Positions 55,890 to 64,000 of a stretch of 64,000 bases of DNA are shown here, piece after piece. Location of the stretch: assembly GCA_964252035.1 (NCBI GenBank), contig OZ176201.1; one strand, given 5' to 3'. The stretch comes from Podarcis erhardii. Its lineage: Eukaryota. The translations under genes were made by a program, and so were the position numbers. Positions within the stretch are counted from its first letter, which is position 1; every line of letters starts with the position of its first letter. Below the pieces are notes generated by a model. The model saw only the letters and a list, made by a program, of their open reading frames with translations, had not been told where the DNA came from and did not search any database.

Positions 55890-58762
55890 CCCATGACGGA
55901 ATTTTTGGAGCTCAAGTGCTGTAGGCTTGCAAGGGTCTGGGCGATTACTGGGGGGCGGGTAAAGGAGACGCAGAAGGAAGAACCTCTTCTGAAGAAGATG
56001 GGTGACAGCCCCATGACAGCGAGGGCTGCGAGCTGACCTCGAGGCACGGCAGAGGGAGGGACAGAGACAGACGCGCGCGCAGAGGGAGAAACGTGTTTGG
56101 AAATACACACGTTTGTCGTGGAGGCAAACACCTCTGATCCGGAGAGCGCTGCCCAGTCCTTGGAAGCGACCGCGTAAAAAGCCTTGTTCTCCCCACTTTC
56201 ATCGAAGCTCTGGATTTGGGCCTTTCCTTCCGAACTCGTGCCAGAAATGGACAACACACTATTTTCGGAGGGGAGAAATGGCTATCCTGCCGTATCAGAC
56301 TGATGGTTGTCAGGAAGGTGAATCGGGCGCAGGCAAAAGCACGGTGTCTTTGCGCCACAAGGAACCAAATGGAGATTCGGGATCCGTCGGAACCGGGTGT
56401 TTCGGGTGCGATGCGAAAGCACCCTTTGAATGGATCTCCAGGATCACACCAGTTGTCCATTGATTGGCCCATCACCTACCCTTTAACAAGAGTTTTAGCT
56501 CACCCCTTTGCCCTTGACCTAAAGCAGGACTTGCGTAGTTTCCTGGAGAGTAGCTCTGTCAAAGGAAAAATCACCGAGGGTCTTGTGTAGCACTCTGAGG
56601 ACTAAGAACAGCATTATGACACCAGCTCCTTTATGCAGGCAGGCAGGAATCTGCAGAAACTGATGCCCCAACAAATTCGTTATAGCTGTTGTTTTTGCGG
56701 CAGCTGACACCGGCTCCCCATCTGGAAATGGGAAACCCGTTAAAATAAATTATTTCGCACTGACGTGATTAGCACCCTTTGACGATATGGGGTTGACGGG
56801 TTGGGAGAATAAGGGCGCTAACTCCCCACGCGGGAGAACCAAAACTTACTCTGCTAAATCGCCTGAAAAAGGAGTTGCGGCGAGCGAAGTGAAATGGGGC
56901 ATATTTGTAAAGCGCTTCCAGTCGTAGAATGTTATATAACCACACTCGTGATCCGCGTTCCGGTTGCTGAAACCTGATGGTGATGATCCTCGTTGTTTGC
57001 TGCTGCAGGAAAGTGCGTGTGCACGGCTATATGTTTCAGAATAATAATAATAATAATAATAATTTTGGTGAATCTGTTTTGAGAAATCTCGCAAGAGATT
57101 TTCATAATTTCAAGGAAACTGCAATGGACATTCAGGAAATGCCTGAAGAGACGCCTCCAAACTTCTGGCTTCTCTTCCCTTTCTCTTCCACGTTTCTTTA
57201 TATATCTCTTTGAACGAACCATCCCTTGAGGTCTAAATAATAGAGCAGGTAGAGGAGGTTGAGAGGAGGCCAGCGACCTAAAAGAAGAAGGTCGTGCTTT
57301 TAAAAAAAATAAATCTAAAAATGTTTGATAATTAAACTAGATGGTAGCAGATTTACAAAATAAAGGGGCAAACTGAACAAAGCTAAGACCACCATTGTGC
57401 ACACTTCCCAGGGAGAATTCAGCGAGACTTCGGAGCAGAAATGCTACTGAAATCAACAGGACCTTAAAGTGCCTAATTTTGGCTGAGATCTATTGGTCCA
57501 TACCTCTGCCTCTTCCTTTCCACCACCACCGTCATCACATTTAATCAATTATAATGCCTCTAAGTAATATTTTGCGTTATTAGGCCCTCACTTCTGAATT
57601 TCCTCATGAGATAAATTTGGGATTTGCACTTCTGTGTCTTAAAGATAGGAGCCTGAATCTTGTTGGAGAAAAATTTAAAATTGTGCCCATGTTTGCATTA
57701 ATGAAGCACAGTATCTGTTTTCCAGCCCCTCCACCCAGCCCAAGGGTGAGCATAGTTTTCCAGAAAGGATGCATGGAGAGAAACCTATGACCTACAAAGT
57801 GTGTGTGGGGGGGGGGGAAGGGGTCCTTGCTCATTCTCACATTCCTGTCCAAAATCTTGCAGCAGGCTTTAATAGAACCCCAAAGTCTCCCGATTACTTT
57901 CTGTGTGTCAAATTAAAGAAGGCACAGGAGCAGCTTCAGAGCAGAAAAAAATAAGGTCCAGTCCAATCCATGTCATCCCTAGGGGGGTCTGGAAGAGATC
58001 CTTTGTCAGAAAGTCTGCTGAGCAGCTGCTAGTCAGCTACATAGACAGGTAGCTTCCTATGTCTGTCCATCCATCCTAAGCAAGCATCTTCCTAAATTCA
58101 GTTGGCCCTATTCATAACATGCATAGCTGTGAGTGAAAGGCTTCTATGCATCCTTGCTTTGGAGAAAGTCTCATGGAACTCAGTATGATTTACTTCTGAC
58201 ACCACCTGCATAAGAGCAGGCTGCACTTGAATCTGGAACCTCCATGGGATTCACATCTTAGTAACTCTGTGCTGAAGGCAATTCCAGGAGAAGTACTTCT
58301 TAAATTTTCTTAAGCCACCCCTTCCCCCAGCTTGACATGTTAGCATGTTTCTAACAGTTGCATGGCAGGCAGAAATTTAACAGCAAAAGCATTGCCTAGC
58401 ATGGAGATGCAGAGCTGGGCATCTCCACCTGCTGAATTTCTGCCTGCTGTAAAAGGCACAGAAGCTCTCACAGAAACAAACAGTTTAAAAGAGAAATGGG
58501 GTTGGGAATAGATTGTGAAAGGTCTTCATTACAAGCTTCCAACAGTTTGGGGTTTCTGTTTTGGTGGCGAAAGACCCATGAGTGCTTGCTGAAAAGAACA
58601 TGTGCTTAGAGAAAATACAGGAGGAAGGAGAGGAAGAGGGCAAGGAGATCCTATCATGGTAGTTACTCCTAAGTAAATATGCACAGGGGAAGTCCAATTG
58701 ACTCCGTGGGGCTTCTTTCCAAATAAATGTGTATAAGCTCTGTCTCTCTTTCAATTCTCCGT

Positions 58763-58904
58763 CAGGAATGCCAACTTAGCCCCAGGGCCGTGGGTGCCAT
58801 GCAGTGTGCATGGCCCCGGCACTGAAATTTGTGGGTGCTCAGCCCTCTCATGGGGAATTTTGTGGGTGATCAGGCACCCCGGGCCCCAGGGAGTTGGCAC
58901 CTAT
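58763..58904. mobile_element. Old hAT-type MITE with gccaact-type TIRs
   Basis: caggaatgccaact ... agttggcacctatg. Confidence 0.5.
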
Positions 58905-59756
58905 GTTCCCTTCCCTATTGTCTAAACACATTCACAACTTGTGTTCCAAGGGGGCCTTCACTTTCCTCAAGTTTTCTGGGTGTTCTTCGGTGAAAACATC
59001 CTCATCGGAGGAAGACAAAAAACAGTTGGGCCAGCCACTGCTATGGATCTTGCCTTACAATTTTGAAGGAGTTGTCTTTGGGTTCCTTCAGATTACCAAC
59101 TCAGAGTTCTCCATGAACTGAGAAAGAAATTCCCCACAAATCCTCTGCTGCCACGTTCAGATGTCCCTCAGCAAGTTGACTAGGAAAGAGTTCCTTGAAG
59201 GTCAATCATTTTGAAAACATCCATTCTAAGGTGGCGTTGCAAAGGGCTTCTTTGCTTGGCCCAATTTGGTTTCCAGTCTCCCTGATGTCTAGGCCTGGGG
59301 ACTGTCAGGGCTATCCACAGTCTGCCTGTCTTATCAGGCCTGTGGTAATTAGGGGTTAGAGGTGGTCGATAAGGGGGATCCAATGGCCCCTGGCTGGCAG
59401 CAGCTCTGCTTTTGGAACAGAAACAATCAGAGCCGGCTCTCTCCTCTGTGGATGCTGAAGGGTGGTCAGCCCTCCACTGTGGGAGAGGGAAGCCAAGCTC
59501 GGCAAGCCTTGTGTACAGAGGTGGTTTCAGTCATGTTGGGTTTTACTCCGGCAAGGGCTTTTGTAGGTTTGAGGGAATCCAGATCAACCATCTTTCATTT
59601 TGCAAAGGTTGATTGAAAGCCTTTTTTGGGGGGGAGGGGGTTAAGAAAAATATCAATGTGTTCCTTGATTTGGCTGCCTTTGCTCACCCTCCCCTTGGAT
59701 GGGGTGAGTCTGAGTGAACCTAGCACAGGAAACACAGCTTTGTAGTGTTGTGTCAT

Positions 59757-59932
59757 ATAAGGAACAGAAGAAATGGCCTTATACCAAGGTAGACATTTGG
59801 TCCATCTAGTGCAGTATTATCTACTCTGACAGGCAGTGGTTCTCCAGGGTTTTAGGAAGGAGACTTCCCCATGGATTGAACCTGTGACCTTCTGCATGCA
59901 AGGTGTGTGCTTCACCCCTGAGCTATGCCCCT
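59757..59932 (-). mobile_element. Squam2-like SINE (internally deleted)
   Basis: gccttatac...ggtccatctag...cagtatt...attgaacctgtgaccttctgcatgcaa...gagctatgccc. Confidence 0.6.
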
Positions 59933-61544
59933 GCCTCCTCATATCACTCTATTCAGCATGAATTAATATAAGTAACACCTATACTGATTATTCAGAATTA
60001 GCTAGTAGACTGAGATGGCAGAATTATGGACTGTACCACTTTAGACTACTCTCATGGTGTGTGTGTGTGTGAGTGCAAAAAGTTCTACATGTGTGCTAAA
60101 CTAGTCATTAATCTAACCCTTTTTGCTCCTGGTGCCAGGTCTTTTCTAATTTAAGCAGTCTAAATTATAGCCCCGTCTTTCCAGGGGTGGTTTGGGGAGA
60201 TGGAGCCCTCAGATTTCTGTGTCAGGTGCTGACTCATCTGCCTTCCCCCTCTTTTTAAAAGCTTCACACAATTAAACATTCCCTGGCCTGGAAAATCCAC
60301 CCACCCATCATCTTAATTTCCTCAGAGACCTAATTCTGCATATGTATGTATATATAAATCAGCATATGCAAATGTCATGCACAGGCTCTTGTGCCCTGTG
60401 AAGTACCCAGCAACACCCCTGCCTGTCCACCTAGCAGTAGATATTTGACCGCCTCACTCTGCATAACAGGCTCTTCATGGGACTGGAATTCCCATTCCAT
60501 CCATGCAACACATTCTGAAAGAGTGGGGAAATGCAACCCTTTAACTGATTAGTGGAAACAAGTGTGCGATTAAAGGATGGAAACGGGTAACGAATGCGAA
60601 TGAAGACCTTGAGAATGTTTCCCTAAATATTGCTGTGCGGCGTGGCCGTTGCCGACAGGAATCTAAGAGTCGCAAGGACGCCAGGAGTTAATTTGGAAAA
60701 GGGGAACAACAGCTTGCTAGCCTTCTCGTACAAATGCCCTTAGTATTGTCATCGTCTTTCATGGTCAATGTCCAGCTGTAATTAGAACTGAAGAGGATAT
60801 TTCCTCTCCCACTGCTTCTCTGGGCAAAGAGGCACCACAATCTCCCCCTCATAATGATGAAAACATCTGTAGTAATCTTTAGATGTCATGCTTCATAGAC
60901 TCCCCTTCGCTCTGCTGCTGTGACTCCTGCTCCCACCATCTCTCTGTGTCGTCTCCCTCCCCCACCTCCTCTGTCCCAGTTACTCCCAAAAGACAGAGAA
61001 GATTTGATTTCTCCTTTCATTGTCAGCAATAGCCTCCCAAGGGTCAGGCCTGCCCCACGAGGATGGACACTGGGGCCACTATTGCACGGATGAATTGCCT
61101 CAAATATGGAGAGGCTTTTAAACTGTTCCTTTATTTTGCCACGGCTTCTGTGTTTGACGACAGGCAGACAGGCTGGACAATCTTTGAACGATCTGGGAGT
61201 TCGAAAGCATTTATTCCAAAAGGCTTTAATGAGCTTGAGGCATCTCTGAAGCAGAACTAGAACGTTCTGAAAGATGATATGTTTACAAACCACTGTGCAG
61301 TTTGTAGAATGGCTACGGTGTTGTTTACAGAAGGGGTGGGAAACCTATTGTAGTCCAAGGGCCACATTCCCTTGTGTGGCAGGGTTCTAGGGTCCACATG
61401 CAAGCAGTAGGCGGAGTCACAGTCAAAAGTGGGTGGAGAGATGGAAGTGATTCTTATATATATGCAGGTGGTCACAAATACAGCCACACAAAAACCAGAA
61501 GCTTCAACATGCCCATACACACACCTGCATGGGAGCTGCTTTCA

Positions 61545-61731
61545 GGGAAGGGCCATGGCTCAGTGGTAGAGGACATGCTCTGCATGGAAAAGGTCCCAGG
61601 TTCAATCCCTGGTGTCTCTAGGTAGGGCTGGAGAGACCCAGCCTGAGAGCCTGGAGAGTTTCTGCCAGTCAGTCCTGACAATACTGAAGCAGGTAGACCA
61701 AAGGTCTGACATGGTATATAGCTAGCATTCT
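61545..61731 (+). mobile_element. Squam2-like tRNA-Ala SINE
   Basis: gggaagggccatggctcagtggtagag...ggtcccaggttcaatccctgg (A and B boxes). Confidence 0.72.
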
Positions 61732-61891
61732 GAGACTATGTTAGGGACAGGGTCAGCTGCATTATTCCTTGCTGGGAAGGAGAGTGCTGACTGAGCTGGC
61801 AAGACCTTTGCAATTGGCCCCGGCCATGTGGCTGTGGTCTTTGTACATATTTCCCCGTGGTGTGAGTTCCCAACATTGGGAAGCTTCCATT

Positions 61892-62152
61892 GAAGAAGAA
61901 GAAGAAGAAGAAGAGTTTGGATTTGATATCCCGCCTTTCACTCCCTTTAAGGAGTCTCAAAGCGGCTAACATTCTCCTTTCCCTTCCTCCCCCACAACAA
62001 ACACTCTGTGAGGTGAGTGGGGCTGAGAGACTTCAGAGAAGTGTGACTGGCCCAAGGTCACCCAGCAGCTGCATGTGGAGGAGCGGAGACGCGAACCCAG
62101 TTCACCAGATTATGAGACTACCGCTCTTAACCACTACACCACACTGGCTCTC
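61892..62152 (-). mobile_element. Squam3-like (MIR/CORE-derived) SINE with a (TTC)7 tail
   Basis: The minus strand starts gagagccagtgtggtgtagtggttaagagcgg, contains CORE-like gggtgaccttgggccagtcac...ctctcagcccc and ends ccaaactc(ttc)n. Confidence 0.8.
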
Positions 62153-62703
62153 GTGTCTCAGTCAATTAATCAAAGTTTAACCTGTTACAGCATAATTCTG
62201 TACTTGTCTACCCAGATGTAAGGTCTGTAGAGTTCAATGGGAATTACTCCGGGTAAGTGTGCATAGAGTTGTAGTCTCCTTGGTTTTTATGGCTGGACCA
62301 CTCCCACATGATCAAACAGTTGCCGACCTCAACTAAGTATAGTATTCACTTGGTTAAACATGCATTTCAGTGCATATGGTGCCCAGATTCGAACTCTCAT
62401 TTTTACCATTTCTTTTCACCACAACTGTATTTGCAGATGTGGAAGTTAAAAGCAGAAAATATAATATAAAGTGGAATGTTCCTAAGAGTTGGCCAAACTT
62501 CACTGCCCTTTCTTGCAGTCTGCTCAGCTGCTGCTACTGGAGTAGCTCCAGCTGCATTTGTCTCTCAATATCATTGATTTTTCCATATTTTAAAAAGATT
62601 CTTTTGAGTAGTGAGGCTAGGAGATGGGGAAGAGGCCAAGTTTTAAAAACGAGATTTTTAGTTCGCATGATATAAACAAAGTAAATGGCAAATAAACTAT
62701 GTG

Positions 62704-62705
<2 letters not shown>

Positions 62706-62739
<34 letters not shown>
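62706..62739. repeat. (GA)17 microsatellite
   Basis: Read directly. Confidence 0.95.
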
Positions 62740-62742
<3 letters not shown>

Positions 62743-63312
62743 GTGTCTGACCACATTTCTAAACCATTCTCTTCTTTATTTTTTATGGAGGGTGGGAAAA
62801 TTCAGATGCTCTGGTTAGTATAATGAAGTAGATGGACTGCATTGTTGGAACATAATCCAGCTAAGGCTGAGCACTTTCCACTGCTATTGCTTGTAATAGG
62901 AGTTTTTTTTTAAATTTTCTTTTGCACATGAGTAACTGTCCCATTGGAATCCTTGGGTCTTAAAAAGTGCTTAATTGTGGCTAGATTGTGCCCAAGACAT
63001 GCTTGGAACACATGTAGGGCTGGCACAGCTGCTGCCTGGCAGGGCCAGAGACTCCTACATTTCTAATTGCTAGTGCCCCGTGTCTCTGCTGCAGCTAACT
63101 AAAACCATCTTGAGGATGTTCCAGGAGCCAAAAATTCCACATCCAATATTAGACCACACTTAATATTCTATCAGGCATCGTTATAGCCCTGTTATGGATG
63201 GAGGTGGGTTAGCACTCACTTATAGGCACCATGCACAGCCTTGAATTCTTTGCTGAACATTCCTCTCTGGGTTATGCTGTATGTTGTAACATTCAGGAGT
63301 TTGGACAGGAAG

Positions 63313-63487
63313 CGGGTTGATGGAGTCAGAAGTACTGAATACCAGCTGCTGGGAGGCAGAGGAGAGGGCTCTTGTGCTTAGGTCTTGCTTGAGGGTTTGC
63401 CATAGGCGTCTGGTTGGCCATGGTGAAAACAGGATGCTGGACCAGATGGGCCATTGGTCTGATCCAGCAGGCTCTTCTTATGTTCTT
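63313..63487 (+). mobile_element. CR1-type 3' end fragment
   Basis: caggatgctggaccagatgggccattggtctgatccagcaggctcttcttatgttctt. Confidence 0.65.
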
Positions 63488-64000
63488 CCCATTGGTGTGG
63501 AAGACTGTCTTCATGGCATTTGGAAGTTAGGAAAATATATTCTTTGTTAGGGCCATTACAGGTAAATTGCCTACAATGAGTGCGAAACAGTTGGAGACTC
63601 CTCTGGAAGTGGAGAGTCTTTTTGGTAAATGAGCAAGCTTATTCTACTTCACCCCACTTTAGCTAAGGATGACATCATCCATAGGTGTCTGCGAAGGAAA
63701 ATAAGAGCAGATTGAAGTTTCAGGAGGCGGGGAGGGAGAAAGAGAAATTTGATTTTGGGTTTAGTAAGCATCTGAGGCTCTAGAGCAGGGGAAGACTTTG
63801 GTCTTTCAAATTTCACTGGCTCCCTGTGTGAGCCCAAAATTCGCCCCCCCCCCGGCTTCTTGCTTTCTGTTCTGCTCAATTCACTGCTACACCATAGTTT
63901 TGATGCTCTGTGGCGCCCCTTAGGATCAGTGCAGCGGAACTGGTTGCACTGCCCTAAATACGCCTCTGCTTACAGATCTGAAGTGGGAGCAGTGGGCTGT

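Noticed and set aside
56317-56343. Walker-A/myosin-like GESGAGKST in supplied ORF 56113-56463
   Set aside because: It lacks the preceding hydrophobic beta-strand, has no Walker B or other myosin/ABC motifs, and no supporting splice structure. It is best explained as a chance motif in CpG-rich non-coding DNA.
1-64000. CRISPR arrays, operons or other prokaryotic/viral systems
   Set aside because: The window is intron-containing vertebrate DNA. I saw no regularly spaced repeat-spacer array and no intact viral, transposase or RT ORF.

Overview
Vertebrate genomic DNA, very probably from a lacertid-type lizard (inferred from Sauria/Squam1, Squam2-like, Squam3-like and tRNA-Lys/CR1-tail SINEs). There are two protein-coding genes, arranged tail-to-tail. 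On the + strand are the last five coding exons of BNIP1 (SEC20 orthologue, 1078-6471); its exon 1 lies upstream of the window. On the - strand is a complete two-exon NKX2-5 (exon 1 CDS 39358-39067, exon 2 34059-33452; 299 aa; 5007-bp intron containing a 185-N gap). BNIP1 next to NKX2-5 is the known amniote synteny. The rest is the NKX2-5 regulatory landscape. It includes a broad CpG-retaining domain (about 28.8-57 kb), a likely homologue of the mouse AR2 cardiac enhancer about 8.3 kb upstream, several GATA/NK2/Fox/YY1/CArG motif clusters on both sides of the gene, a divergent pair of CTCF-like sites between the two genes, and many short transposon copies. The most notable new leads are a hAT MITE with perfect TSDs that carries a GATA + NK2-type site pair and has a copy on each side of NKX2-5, and a uORF overlapping the NKX2-5 start codon that an internal 5'UTR splice acceptor could bypass. 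Gene calls are strong. Repeat family names and enhancer homologies come from recalled literature and motif reading, not from any alignment or database search. Almost all ORFs in the supplied track are non-coding noise or shadows of the GC-rich exons.
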